Of a stretch of DNA of 64,000 nucleotides, positions 51,071-61,775 are shown piece by piece. The stretch lies in NCBI GenBank assembly GCA_963662275.1, contig OY759316.1, positions 480,001 to 544,000 of the forward strand, written 5' to 3'. The position numbers and the translations under genes were made by a program. Every line of letters begins with the position of its first letter. Position 1 is the first letter of the stretch. Source of the DNA: Candidatus Cloacimonadales bacterium. GTDB taxonomy: Bacteria; Cloacimonadota; Cloacimonadia; Cloacimonadales; DAONDQ01. The notes beneath the pieces are model-generated. The model did no database searches, had not been told where the DNA came from, and worked only from the letters and a program-made list of their open reading frames with translations.

Positions 51071-52715
51071 ATGTATAAAGGTATTTTAGTTGTTTTAGCT
51101 GTTCTTCTTTTCACCAGCATTCTCCCTGCGTTGAACCACATGGATATATGACCACCATGACAGGGGAATTTGATTTTGCAGAAATGGGTTGGATCATGAC
51201 CACGCTCGACTGGAATGGTGATGGTTTTGATGATCTCGTTGCAGTTGAGAATCAATGGAGTCCAAATGGATTTACTCCAACACCTCCTCCATTCCCATAT
51301 GGCAAACTTTATGTCTATTTTGGTGGACCGAATTTTGATAGTATCCCGGAAATGGAAATACCTGGAACGCATGAGATCGAATATGGGCATACTGCCTCTA
51401 TGTGCAATGCGGGCGATATGAATGGCGATGGTATTGATGATCTGGCATTATTCAGAGCCACGATGTATGAAGGAACAAGTGACCAGAATTATGATTTGCA
51501 GCTCTGCGTCTTTTACGGCGGTGCCACACCCGATACAATCCCCGATTATGTCCTCACTTTCCCAAGAGAGGAATGGAACAACCAATATTGCTTTGTACGG
51601 GGACTCGGAGACATTAATCTTGATGGTCACGATGAATTAGGATATGACATGGTAAGAATAGGATATCCATGTCGGATTAAATTTGGTATCATCTATGGTG
51701 GAAGCATGGAAAATACCGATTTTAGAGAAATCAGTAATATACAGGATACTCCAAATATTACAGGTATAGGCGATATAAATGGAGATGGAATCAGTGACTT
51801 CACCATTGGGTATTGCTATGGCTCAAGCATAAATCCGCTTTATAGGATTATTGCTTATTATGGAAATTCATCCAGTGCCTATGATGATAGTTTGGTTATT
51901 CATGATTCAGAAGTTTCATGCAGCTCATTTTCATATCCTGCAGGCGATGTTAATGGTGATGGTTATTCTGATTTTATCAGCGTTTTTACTGGGTCAAGTG
52001 CCAATCTTTACTTTGGAGGACCAGGTATAGATGGGACTAATTTCGTGAATATCTCACCACCTTATCATGGCGATGCTGGCGGTGAAGGTTTTGCCCATGG
52101 TGACGTGAACGGCAATGGCACAGATGATCTGATGGGTTCATTTTGTTCCCAAGCTAACGGTTATGGTGATGCTTACCTGTGGATGGGAGGAGTACCCATG
52201 AACGGTACACCCGATCTGCATATTACACCTCCAACCCTGGATATGAATACAGATATGTTCGGTTTCTGCCTAACCATGGGAGATTACAATGGAGACGGCT
52301 GCTGCGATGCTGCTATTTCAGCTCCCTTTGATTATGCTGCTTTTGGAACTCCAGGACGTGTATTTGTCTATGCTGGAAACCAGCAACTCAACGATCCCAC
52401 TCCTATTGCAGATAATACAGAGACACCTGTCATTTCCAAACTGCAGTTGTACCCGAATCCGCTGCAGTCTTGGAATTCTGAACTTAATGTCAGATTCACT
52501 GTTGACCCCCCTACCCCCCTTCCCAAGGGGGGGGTATTAGTTTTGAAATCTACAACATCAGGGGACAAAAAGTCAAGTCGTATACCATCACAGCAGAGCA
52601 AGTTAAAGCCGGTTCTGCGAGTTACAATCTGAACGATCTTTCATCGGGGGTTTATGTGTGTGTATTCACCAGCAGTGAAGCACAGCAGAAACAGAAGATA
52701 ACGGTGATTCCGTAG
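51071..52715 (+). pseudogene. FG-GAP beta-propeller/CTD protein copy 2 with two single-base frameshifts
   Basis: A C is missing at 51147/8 (gatat-atg versus gatatcatg), and a G8 run at 52527-52534 shifts the CTD out of frame. 1645 bp + 2 equals 1647 bp, the length of copy 1. Confidence 0.88.
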
Positions 52716-53027
52716 CAACAACTTCAGTCGTTGGATCAACAGCTTTAGCCGTTATAATGTTTTAACATTATCTGACATCCGGTGGTTTCCCCATCGAAAT
52801 GCCGATGAAGAGAATACGTCCTCTAAAAGAGCACGTAGCACCATCAAATAGATGGCGCCCCCTGAAACAGGTATTCCGTAGCAACAACTTCAGTTGTTAG
52901 ATCAACAGCTTTAGCCGTTATAATGTTTTAACATGATCTGACATCCGGTGGTTTCCCCATCGAAATGCCGATGAAGAGAATACGTCCTCTAAAAGAGGAC
53001 GTAGCACTATCAAACAGATGGCGCCCC
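52707..53027 (+). repeat. Tandem duplication of a 166-bp REP mosaic unit
   Basis: gtagcaacaacttcag..., ataatgtt-tt-aacattat, and the triple-hairpin module at 52792 and 52958. Confidence 0.92.
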
Positions 53028-53174
53028 AATGGCACTCAATTTAGCTTCATTCAGTCATCTCTTACATGCTACAAGCTATTAGCTATAAGCTTCTTCCCTC
53101 CATTTTCTTTGACAAAACATGATTACTTTTATAAAAATGGTATTCATATCATCAAACCTTGATAAGGAGTTTTC

Positions 53175-56100
53175 ATGAATATCCGCATTCTCCTCATTAT
53201 CACATTAGTGGCAATAACAGCGTTATGTTATTCAGTCGCATCCACCTTTTATTTATATGATGGAGCCTGGCTGGAAGTCGATCGGCTTCAGCAGCAGGGA
53301 TTACCCAAATCCATGCAGGAGAAGGTGGATGAGATATATGCTGCTGCTTCAAGGGAAGGTAACTCCAACCAGCAGATCAAAGCATTAATCTATCAACTGA
53401 AATATCTGCAGGATGTGGAGGAGAATTCCGGTCAGAAGACAATTAATACTGTCCAGGAAGAACTGAAAAAAACTGTATTTCCGACGACAGCTATCTTACA
53501 TTCGATGCTGGCTCAACTGTATTGGTCTTATTATGAAAGTAACCGCTGGAAGTTCCAGGGGAGGACTGAAACAGTCAATTTCCAGGCAGATGATATTTCC
53601 ACATGGGATTTAAAGACTCTTACGAGGAAAACGATTTCGGAATATCAAATTTCATTGGCACAAGCGAATAATCTCAAAGTATTAACGATCAAGGATTTCG
53701 ATCTTGTGATTACGCCAGGGGAGGAAGATTTACAAATTCAAAGACCGACATTATATGATTTCCTGGCACATCGTGCCTTGGATTTTTACATGAATGATGA
53801 ATCGGGTTTAGCTGCACCAGCCGATGAATTTAAATTATCTGATAATCTCTATTTTCAATCTGCAGATATGTTTTCAAAGATGAAGATCGTTACTTCTGAT
53901 TCTTTGTCTATGAAATTTCTCTCCATTCAACTTCTTCAAGACCTGGTCAAGTTTCATCTCAATGATAAAAAACCAGACGCCCTAGTGGCAATAGATATAG
54001 ATCGTCTGCAATTCGTTTATGATAACTCCACGCTGAAAGAGCGAGAAGTCTTATTTGAATCAGCTCTGCGGAATCAAATGGTGTTATATGAGGAATCAAC
54101 TATCTCTGCGCTTTCTGCCTATACTCTTGCTTCCCTGTTGAGTGAATTGGCAGCAGAATATAAACCGGATATAGGTGAAAAGTATCGCTGGTATAATAAA
54201 AATGCCTTAGAACTGTGCAATACAACACTGGAAAAGTACAAAACAGATCCTTCCTTTATGACAAGTTATGCTAGAAAATGCCTGGATATCTTAAAAACTC
54301 AGATAATGGATGAAACAACTGAAATCCAAGTTGAAAGCACAGTCCCTAAAAATCAAGCTATCAAAGCCATGGTAAGAATTAAAAACCTATCTCAAATCCA
54401 GGTTCGTCTCTATAAACTAAATTTCTCGGATCAAATCAAAAAAGATATAGATCGTTCACTATACGATTATAAATCCTACCTAGTCCAACTTATACAACAA
54501 ACTCCGCTGCTTGAAAAGATTTACTCTTTCAAGGATGAAGGTGATTACCGTTCACATTCAAATGAAATTGCCCTACCCGGTATGCCCTATGGCAGATATT
54601 TAATCGTGGCATCGGATGATTTCTCCAAATCATTTGATGAGCAGAATCTTAGCTATAATATATTCTGTTGTTCTGATCTATCATATATCGTACAAAACAT
54701 TAAGAAATCGACAATTTTAATTGCCTCCCGTCAATTCGGAACACCAACTCCAAATGTAAGTATAGCCAGGTATATCCAGAAATGGAATGCTTCCCAGAAG
54801 AAGAATATCTTTCAATTAGACTGGAAGGGAAAGGGTGACGCTTTTGGTAAACTCGTGATCCAGGAAAGTAAAGGAGACTACTGGAGCAGTTTATACCTAT
54901 TATCATTAGACAGCGATACGCTGCTGATAAGCAATCTATATTCAGCCCCATTTGATGATCAAATGCCCAGGGTTATCAGCCGCTGCCTGTTATTTACAGA
55001 TAGAGCTATTTATCGTCCAGGGCAGACGATTTTCTACAAAGGGCTTCTCTATGAAACCGACATGTCTAAACAAAATAAAATCCTCTCGCGTAAAACGATT
55101 GCTGTCACATTTTATGATGTGAACGGACAGCAAGTCAGTACTCAAAATTTAATTTCGAATGAATTTGGTACATTCAATGGTTCTCTCACAGCACCGAAAA
55201 ACTCATTAACCGGTGTGATGCAGATTTCCACACCATTTGGATCAACATCGGTTAGTGTTGAAGAGTATAAACGACCTTCTTTTGAAGTAACATTGGATAA
55301 ACCGAAGGACACATATCAACTTGGTCAATCCGTTTCAATCCATGGAAAAGTACTATCTTACGCTGGTTTTCCAATTGATCAGGCAAAGATAACCTATCGG
55401 ATCATAAGACAGCCCCGGTGGTATTTCTGGTATTGGTGGTGGGGGTCAAATTCATCGTCCGGTGATAAGGAAATAGCACAAGGCTCAGTGATTACAAATG
55501 CCAAAGGTGAGTTCGACCTCAGCTTTATAGCCCAGGATGATGAAACAATATCTGATATTGGTGATCCCTATTTCATGTTTAACATCAATGCTGATGCAAC
55601 AGACCAGAATGGAGAAACAAGAAGCGGTTCACTTGGACTGGCAATAGGAAAGACGAATCTTATTATTGATCCTGGTATCAGTGAGATTTTAAACCAGGAT
55701 GTGAAGCAATTAGATTTGCGCATCAAGACAACGAATCTCAGCGGTGAACCTATTCCCGCAAGGGGTTCTGTAACAATAACACGGCTTAAATCACCAAGTC
55801 ATGTCCAGAAAAACAGAATCTGGGACAAACCGGATCGGGCATATTTAGCTCGTGATGATTTCTATAAATTATTCCCTAATGATGTATATGCAGATGATAA
55901 TACAATGTCCAAATGGGATAAGGAAAAGCAGGTTTATAACGGTCAGTTTGACACATCGCAAAACATTCCACTCCAAGTATCCAAAATAGAAGACTGGGAA
56001 TCGGGAGTTTATGTTCTGGAAGCACTGACGCAAGATAAATTCCAGAAAGAAGTGAAAGTTACCCGATATTTTACTCTTTATTCAGCAAAAAGCAATCGAT

Positions 56101-59100
56101 TACCTTATCCGATGGCAGATTGGTTTGTTCCTATCAAGACATCAGGAGAACCTGGTGAAACGGCATCTTTTCTCATTGGAAGCGGCTATGACAAAGTATC
56201 TGTCTTGTATGAAGTTGAACGGAACAATAAAATTGTAGATAGTCTTCGATTCAATTTGAATAATGAACAAAAGCTGTTCAAAATCCCTATTCTCGAAACA
56301 GACAGAGGGAATTTCTCTGTTCATTTTACGTTTATTCGGGATAACAGAGTATATCTTCATAGCCAGGATATCATGGTTCCCTGGACGAATAAAATGCTTG
56401 ATTTCGAGTATATGACTTTCAGAAACAAACTCTTACCCGGGCAGAAAGAGGAATGGCGTTTGAAGATTAAGGATCATACCGGAGGAAAGGCAACGGCTGA
56501 AGTTCTTGCCACTATGTATGATGCTTCCCTGGATGCTTTTCGCAGTAATGATTGGAGGGTAGATTTATACCATACGCTTTATCATAGAGGCGGATGGATT
56601 GCCTATGATTTTGTTACTCCCATGACACTTCTTGTGGTTAATCCTCATAGTCTGCCGGGTTATCCTAACCAGGAATTCAGCTCTTTGAATTGGTATGGAT
56701 ATCAACTGATGTATTATTCACATAGAATGTTTAAAGGGATGCGTTATAAAGCTGATGGAAGAGGAGAGAGTGATTTTGCTGCTGCAGAAGCACCTATGAT
56801 GATTGAGAAGATGTCTGCTGGAGCCGGAAGTGCAAGAGGTGCAAGATCCCATACTGCGACAATGGCGATGGATGAACAAACGGCTGTCAGTAATGGTATG
56901 GGACAAGGTAGTTCGGAACCAAATGCTGATCTAACAAGCATCCAGGCTCGTTCAAATTTTGCTGAAACAGCTTTCTTTTATCCTGAATTACGGACGGATG
57001 AGAAAGGAGAAGTCAGCATTGTATTTACCACACCTGAATCAATAACACGTTTTAAGTTCAGAGCATTAGCCCTGACAAAAGATTTGAAATACGGGATGAC
57101 GGACAGCACTATGGTGACTCAGAAGCCATTGATGGTTATTCCCAACGCCCCGAGATTCTTCAGAGAAGGAGATAAACTCACATTTTCTTCTAAAATCACA
57201 AGTATGGATGAAAAAGACCAATCCGGTGTTTGCCGGTTATTTCTCTTTGATGCCATGACGATGCAGCCAATTGAAAGTACTTTCAAACTGAAGAATACTC
57301 AACAAAACTTTGTGGTAAAAAGAGGTGAAAGCACAGTATTAGAATGGGATCTATTCATTCCCTTCGGGATTGATGCTGTAACCTATCGCGTTGTGGCAAA
57401 AGCGGGTGATTTCTCCGATGGGGAAGAGAAAACAATACCTGTACTTACCAACCGGATGATGGTTACCGAAAGCCTGCCATTACCCGTGAGAGGACATTCC
57501 AGCAAATCATTTGTTTTTGAGAAGTTCAAGAATAGCGGTACATCTACTTCCATCAAGAATTTCAAATTGACTTTGGAATTTACATCCAATCCAGCCTGGT
57601 ATGCTGTGCAAGCGCTGCCGTATATGATGGAATATCCTTACGACTGCAATGAACAGGTATTCTCACGCTTTTATGCCAATAGCATAGCCGTCTTCATAGC
57701 CAATTCGAATCTTCGCATAAAACGAGTTTTTGATGCTTGGAAGAACACACCAACTTCTGAGGCTTTACTTTCCAATTTAGAAAAAAACCAGGAACTGAAA
57801 TCCGTTATGCTCCAGGAAACACCCTGGGTGTTGGATGCTAAGAATGAAGCAGAAAGAAAACATAGGATAGGTTTGCTCTTTGATATGAATAAAATGGCAG
57901 ATGAATTCGAGAGGAATCAGAATAAACTCCTTCAAGCCCAATTACCAAGTGGTGCCTGGTCCTGGTTTAGCGGTATGCCTGATTCCTGGTGGGTGACACA
58001 GTATATTGTGGAAGGTTTTGGACACCTGGATAGACTGGGTATCAAATCTGTCCGTTCAGATACCAGGACTTGGGGTATGAACCTAAGAGCAATTGCTTAC
58101 CTGGATCGGAAGATAGTTGAAGATTATGACAATATTCTTAAGTATGGACATGAAAAAGATGATCATCTGGGCTATATGGAAATTCATTATTTATATACCC
58201 GCTCCTATTTCCCGGATATCACAATGGATGTATCCGTGAAGAAAGCAGTTGATTATTTTAAGGGACAAGCAGAGACATACTGGCTAAGTAAAGGAAAGTA
58301 CGGCCAAGGGATGTTGGCATTGGCAATGAAGAGATTAGGCAATAAAACGCTACCGGTAAAGATAATCGCCTCTCTCAAGGAGCATGCTCTCAATTTTGAA
58401 GAAATGGGTATGTACTGGAAGGAAAACGCCTATGGCTGGTTCTGGTATGAAGCTCCGATTGAAACACAGTCTCTTTTGATTGAAGCATTCAATGATGTCA
58501 CACAGGATACGACATCTGTTGATGGAATGCGTACCTGGTTATTAAAACAAAAACAAACAACGAACTGGAAGACAACAAAAGCGACTGCAGAAGCATGTTA
58601 TGCTCTCCTGCTTTCAGGTACTGAATGGCTTGTGACAGATAAATTATCGGAAATCAAACTAGGTGAAGAGATCATTGATCCGAAAAAACTGGATGGCGTA
58701 CACGTCGAAGCAGGAACAGGTTATTTTAAAACTTCATGGTCAGGCGGCGATATTAAACCTTCCATGGGAGATGTGACCATAACCAATCCGAACGATGTAC
58801 CTGCTTGGGGTGCTCTCTATTGGCAGTACTTCGAGAACCTGGATAAGATCACACCTGCTGAAACACCTCTCAAGCTGATTAAGAAGCTTTTCATAGAAAG
58901 ACAGACTGCAACAGGCTTGGTACTTGATCCAATCTCTACAACAACAATACTTCATGTAGGAGATAAAGTCAAAGTTCGTATAGAATTACATTCAGATCGC
59001 GATATGGAATATGTACATATGAAAGATATGCGCAGTTCCGGCTTCGAACCTATCAATGTGATATCGCAATACAAATGGCAGGATGGATTGGGGTATTATG

Positions 59101-59285
59101 AAGCTACCGGTGATGCTGCGACAAACTTCTTCATCGAGTATCTTCGAAAAGGTACATATGTGTTTGAATATCCGCTCTGGGTGACCAATAAAGGTGACTT
59201 CTCCAATGGGATTACAACCATCCAGTGCATGTACGCACCTGAATTCACGGCGCATTCAGAAGGAATACGGGTGGAAGTTAAATAA
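53175..59285 (+). CDS. Bacterial alpha-2-macroglobulin
   Basis: FTDRAIYRPGQ, VEEYKRP, RSNFAETAFF and thioester motif YPYDCNEQ; CMYAPEF near the C-terminus. Confidence 0.95.
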   Translation: MNIRILLIITLVAITALCYSVASTFYLYDGAWLEVDRLQQQGLPKSMQEKVDEIYAAASREGNSNQQIKALIYQLKYLQDVEENSGQKTINTVQEELKKTVFPTTAILHSMLAQLYWSYYESNRWKFQGRTETVNFQADDISTWDLKTLTRKTISEYQISLAQANNLKVLTIKDFDLVITPGEEDLQIQRPTLYDFLAHRALDFYMNDESGLAAPADEFKLSDNLYFQSADMFSKMKIVTSDSLSMKFLSIQLLQDLVKFHLNDKKPDALVAIDIDRLQFVYDNSTLKEREVLFESALRNQMVLYEESTISALSAYTLASLLSELAAEYKPDIGEKYRWYNKNALELCNTTLEKYKTDPSFMTSYARKCLDILKTQIMDETTEIQVESTVPKNQAIKAMVRIKNLSQIQVRLYKLNFSDQIKKDIDRSLYDYKSYLVQLIQQTPLLEKIYSFKDEGDYRSHSNEIALPGMPYGRYLIVASDDFSKSFDEQNLSYNIFCCSDLSYIVQNIKKSTILIASRQFGTPTPNVSIARYIQKWNASQKKNIFQLDWKGKGDAFGKLVIQESKGDYWSSLYLLSLDSDTLLISNLYSAPFDDQMPRVISRCLLFTDRAIYRPGQTIFYKGLLYETDMSKQNKILSRKTIAVTFYDVNGQQVSTQNLISNEFGTFNGSLTAPKNSLTGVMQISTPFGSTSVSVEEYKRPSFEVTLDKPKDTYQLGQSVSIHGKVLSYAGFPIDQAKITYRIIRQPRWYFWYWWWGSNSSSGDKEIAQGSVITNAKGEFDLSFIAQDDETISDIGDPYFMFNINADATDQNGETRSGSLGLAIGKTNLIIDPGISEILNQDVKQLDLRIKTTNLSGEPIPARGSVTITRLKSPSHVQKNRIWDKPDRAYLARDDFYKLFPNDVYADDNTMSKWDKEKQVYNGQFDTSQNIPLQVSKIEDWESGVYVLEALTQDKFQKEVKVTRYFTLYSAKSNRLPYPMADWFVPIKTSGEPGETASFLIGSGYDKVSVLYEVERNNKIVDSLRFNLNNEQKLFKIPILETDRGNFSVHFTFIRDNRVYLHSQDIMVPWTNKMLDFEYMTFRNKLLPGQKEEWRLKIKDHTGGKATAEVLATMYDASLDAFRSNDWRVDLYHTLYHRGGWIAYDFVTPMTLLVVNPHSLPGYPNQEFSSLNWYGYQLMYYSHRMFKGMRYKADGRGESDFAAAEAPMMIEKMSAGAGSARGARSHTATMAMDEQTAVSNGMGQGSSEPNADLTSIQARSNFAETAFFYPELRTDEKGEVSIVFTTPESITRFKFRALALTKDLKYGMTDSTMVTQKPLMVIPNAPRFFREGDKLTFSSKITSMDEKDQSGVCRLFLFDAMTMQPIESTFKLKNTQQNFVVKRGESTVLEWDLFIPFGIDAVTYRVVAKAGDFSDGEEKTIPVLTNRMMVTESLPLPVRGHSSKSFVFEKFKNSGTSTSIKNFKLTLEFTSNPAWYAVQALPYMMEYPYDCNEQVFSRFYANSIAVFIANSNLRIKRVFDAWKNTPTSEALLSNLEKNQELKSVMLQETPWVLDAKNEAERKHRIGLLFDMNKMADEFERNQNKLLQAQLPSGAWSWFSGMPDSWWVTQYIVEGFGHLDRLGIKSVRSDTRTWGMNLRAIAYLDRKIVEDYDNILKYGHEKDDHLGYMEIHYLYTRSYFPDITMDVSVKKAVDYFKGQAETYWLSKGKYGQGMLALAMKRLGNKTLPVKIIASLKEHALNFEEMGMYWKENAYGWFWYEAPIETQSLLIEAFNDVTQDTTSVDGMRTWLLKQKQTTNWKTTKATAEACYALLLSGTEWLVTDKLSEIKLGEEIIDPKKLDGVHVEAGTGYFKTSWSGGDIKPSMGDVTITNPNDVPAWGALYWQYFENLDKITPAETPLKLIKKLFIERQTATGLVLDPISTTTILHVGDKVKVRIELHSDRDMEYVHMKDMRSSGFEPINVISQYKWQDGLGYYEATGDAATNFFIEYLRKGTYVFEYPLWVTNKGDFSNGITTIQCMYAPEFTAHSEGIRVEVK

Positions 59286-59363
59286 ATTCAAGGATTTAAA
59301 GTTGCAGAATAGGGGAGTGCGGTAGTTCACCCGTTTGAAATAACATTCCATTTCATACAATAG

Positions 59364-59440
59364 TGGCGTCCCTGAGACGATTTGAACGTCCGACCTTCAC
59401 CTTCGGAGGGTGCCACTCTATCCAGCTGAGCTACAGGGAC
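59364..59440 (-). tRNA. tRNA-Arg(CCG)
   Basis: gtccctg tagctcagctggatagagt ... ct-CCG-aa ... gttcaaatc ... cagggac g CCA cloverleaf; 77 nt. Confidence 0.96.
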
Positions 59441-59586
59441 GCAGATAATGCTAAGATTCAATTGATACAGACAATGTCAAGGTTCAATTTATGCCTATAA
59501 AAACTGAAAATATTTATTGCTAAATTTAAATGTAATTGTAAAATGCATACAGATGTTCATAAAGATGTCATACGAGGGAGGTTTTC

Positions 59587-60804
59587 ATGAAATATTCTGT
59601 TATTCTGCTTGTCTTGTTATTCACAGTGAGTCTTCTTTCTGCCTATTCCTGGTCACCTTGGGGTCCACCAAATGTTCCGATTTCCAAAGCAGATTGGAAT
59701 ATTCCGGCAGTTCTTTCTAATGGGAGTATCGGTCTGAATGAATCAAATACTTGGAACTATTACACCCACTCGAACTTGAATGTCGTTGATTTTACCCGAT
59801 ACGATTCAAATAGCTTGATCGTCTTGTTGGGATCAGGCAGTAACAGTGATGGAGTGTATTTCTTTAACGTGAATGACCATACATTTGAACTCATGCGATG
59901 GACCATGAGTCCTTTTTTTGTAAAATACTGTTCCTCAGACTCCATGTTCTATGTGGGAGGATTAGACGGTCTGTGGAAAACACCTGATGGTTCACAATGG
60001 ACTGAAGTCGAAATACCGGGGTTTGGAGCTGTTACTGATTTTGCTTACCAGGGCAGTCATTTTGTTGTTTCGAAGAATGAAGAAACCTGGTATTCATCAG
60101 ATGGTGGTACTGTCTGGAATCAATCACAAACAGGAACCAGGCGTCAAGGTTATCGTTTTGACAGTGAAGGTGTCGTGTATTCCTATTTGAAAGAAGGTTC
60201 TTATTCAGATGGGATATGGATTTCTTCGGATTATGGAGAAACCTGGACTGTTGTGATTTGGGCATTTAATCTTTCATGTATAGGTCCTAAATTCAACAAT
60301 AATCTGTGTTTTGGTTGTCTCAACGGAACAAATGACCATCTCGGAGTGGGCATGACAGTTCCCGGTGGTGATTACATTACACTCAATGAAGGACTTCCAA
60401 ATCTCAATATCAATTGCATGGAGATGTTTGATATAATCAATACTCCATCTTTCTGGGTAGGTACGGATAATGGTGCTTACTTCTGCACAGGCTTCCTTGA
60501 GCCGATTCCCATTGACGACCAGGTTGTAAACCCAGCTTCCATGATGCTTAAGAATTACCCTAATCCATTTTCGAAATCGACTACAATTTGTTTCAACACT
60601 CCGAAAAATGCGAAAGAAACCAGGCTGGAAATCTATAATATAAAAGGCGAACTAGTCTATTCTGAGAATGCTAACCAACAAAACAACATCACATGGAATG
60701 GAAACAGTTCAACAGGAATCCCTACTGCAGCCGGTATTTATCTCTGCAAGCTGGTATCACAAAGTAAAATACTGACAGCAAAATCGATAATTCGTATCAA
60801 ATAA
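59587..60804 (+). CDS. Secreted BNR/Asp-box beta-propeller protein with T9SS/FlgD-Ig-like CTD
   Basis: SSDGGTVW and SSDYGETW Asp-boxes; NYPNPF...IYNIKGELV. Confidence 0.85.
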   Translation: MKYSVILLVLLFTVSLLSAYSWSPWGPPNVPISKADWNIPAVLSNGSIGLNESNTWNYYTHSNLNVVDFTRYDSNSLIVLLGSGSNSDGVYFFNVNDHTFELMRWTMSPFFVKYCSSDSMFYVGGLDGLWKTPDGSQWTEVEIPGFGAVTDFAYQGSHFVVSKNEETWYSSDGGTVWNQSQTGTRRQGYRFDSEGVVYSYLKEGSYSDGIWISSDYGETWTVVIWAFNLSCIGPKFNNNLCFGCLNGTNDHLGVGMTVPGGDYITLNEGLPNLNINCMEMFDIINTPSFWVGTDNGAYFCTGFLEPIPIDDQVVNPASMMLKNYPNPFSKSTTICFNTPKNAKETRLEIYNIKGELVYSENANQQNNITWNGNSSTGIPTAAGIYLCKLVSQSKILTAKSIIRIK

Positions 60805-60823
60805 TGTACTTCCATGATAAACG

Positions 60824-60854
60824 AAAAAGCCGTGGTAAAACCACGGCTTTTTTT
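60824..60854. terminator. Bidirectional rho-independent terminator
   Basis: aaaaagccgtgg-taaaa-ccacggctttttt between convergent genes. Confidence 0.92.
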
Positions 60855-60865
60855 AGCAGATCAGG

Positions 60866-61297
60866 TTATTCAACGATAATCTGTTTTTGAGGTTTGGTTT
60901 CTTTTTTGGGAATACTGAGAATTAGAATTCCGTCCTCGAGTTTAGCTGTGATTTTATCTCCATCACATGTTTCAGGAAGATAAAGGGAACGGATAAAATT
61001 ACCACTATATCTTTCACAGCGATGTATGGTTCCGACATTTTCTTCCTTTGTTTCATCTTGGTTTGCTGCGATAGTTAATTGGTTGTCTTGAAGGGAAATC
61101 CTGATGTTTTCCTTTTTGATTCCAGGTACATTCGCTTTAATGATAAATTCACCATCTTTTTCAATGGCATCAATGGTCATACTGCGTGTTTCCTGCTTTA
61201 CGTTTGTTTCTTCAGAGAAGAAGTTATTCATGAATTCATCAAACATGGATAACACTGGATAGAACTCTCTGCTTTTCTTCAAAGGTACGATCTTCAT
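60866..61297 (-). CDS. Hsp20/alpha-crystallin small heat-shock protein
   Basis: PGIKKENI, ERYSGNFIRS and AKLEDGIL..IPK. ATG at 61297 follows ggagg; the ORF-track start at 61363 is likely too long. Confidence 0.93.
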   Translation of the reverse strand: MKIVPLKKSREFYPVLSMFDEFMNNFFSEETNVKQETRSMTIDAIEKDGEFIIKANVPGIKKENIRISLQDNQLTIAANQDETKEENVGTIHRCERYSGNFIRSLYLPETCDGDKITAKLEDGILILSIPKKETKPQKQIIVE

Positions 61298-61376
61298 AAT
61301 AACCTCCATTATTTTGTTTTTTTCGATCGAAGACAAAGATAAAATAAAAGAGCATGGTAACATGTCAAGTATTATA

Positions 61377-61403
61377 TTAGCAGACTTTATGTTTGATTGC
61401 TAA
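61377..61403. promoter_or_regulatory. CIRCE-like HrcA operator upstream of hsp20
   Basis: TTAGCAGAC-N9-GATTGCTAA versus consensus TTAGCACTC-N9-GAGTGCTAA; next to a minus-strand TTGACA at 61368-61363. Confidence 0.8.
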
Positions 61404-61775
61404 TTATATAAAAGAATAGGTATTAGGTACAGAGCAGAACAAGCTCTACATACAAAGAAGCTTATTTTGTTAATGAAATGGAGTTAATTGAAAAGACAGA
61501 ACAAGTACTCTTTATCACACGAGCGGAGAACGAGACGATTCTAATGCTGAGAATTCTTTCAATTAACATGATGAACACTATTATCTACTTCAGAATCACA
61601 ACCCCAAGAATGTGCTCATTTACCTGTAAGAAAACGAAGCTTCATTACTCGTCTTTTCTTCCCTGTAACCTAGCACCTAGTCTCTAGAACCTTCCAACCA
61701 TGCAATTACATTTGACAAAAAAAATCACATGGTATTTTGGTTCTTACATCTAGTCAGTTTTGATTTGGTGGTAAT

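Noticed and set aside
35006..52715. Diversity-generating retroelement acting on the FG-GAP paralogs
   Set aside because: No RT gene in the window, and the differences are spread across the gene and not adenine-specific.
59364..59440. tRNA-Arg as an island attachment site
   Set aside because: No duplicated tRNA 3' end or integrase was noticed in the window.
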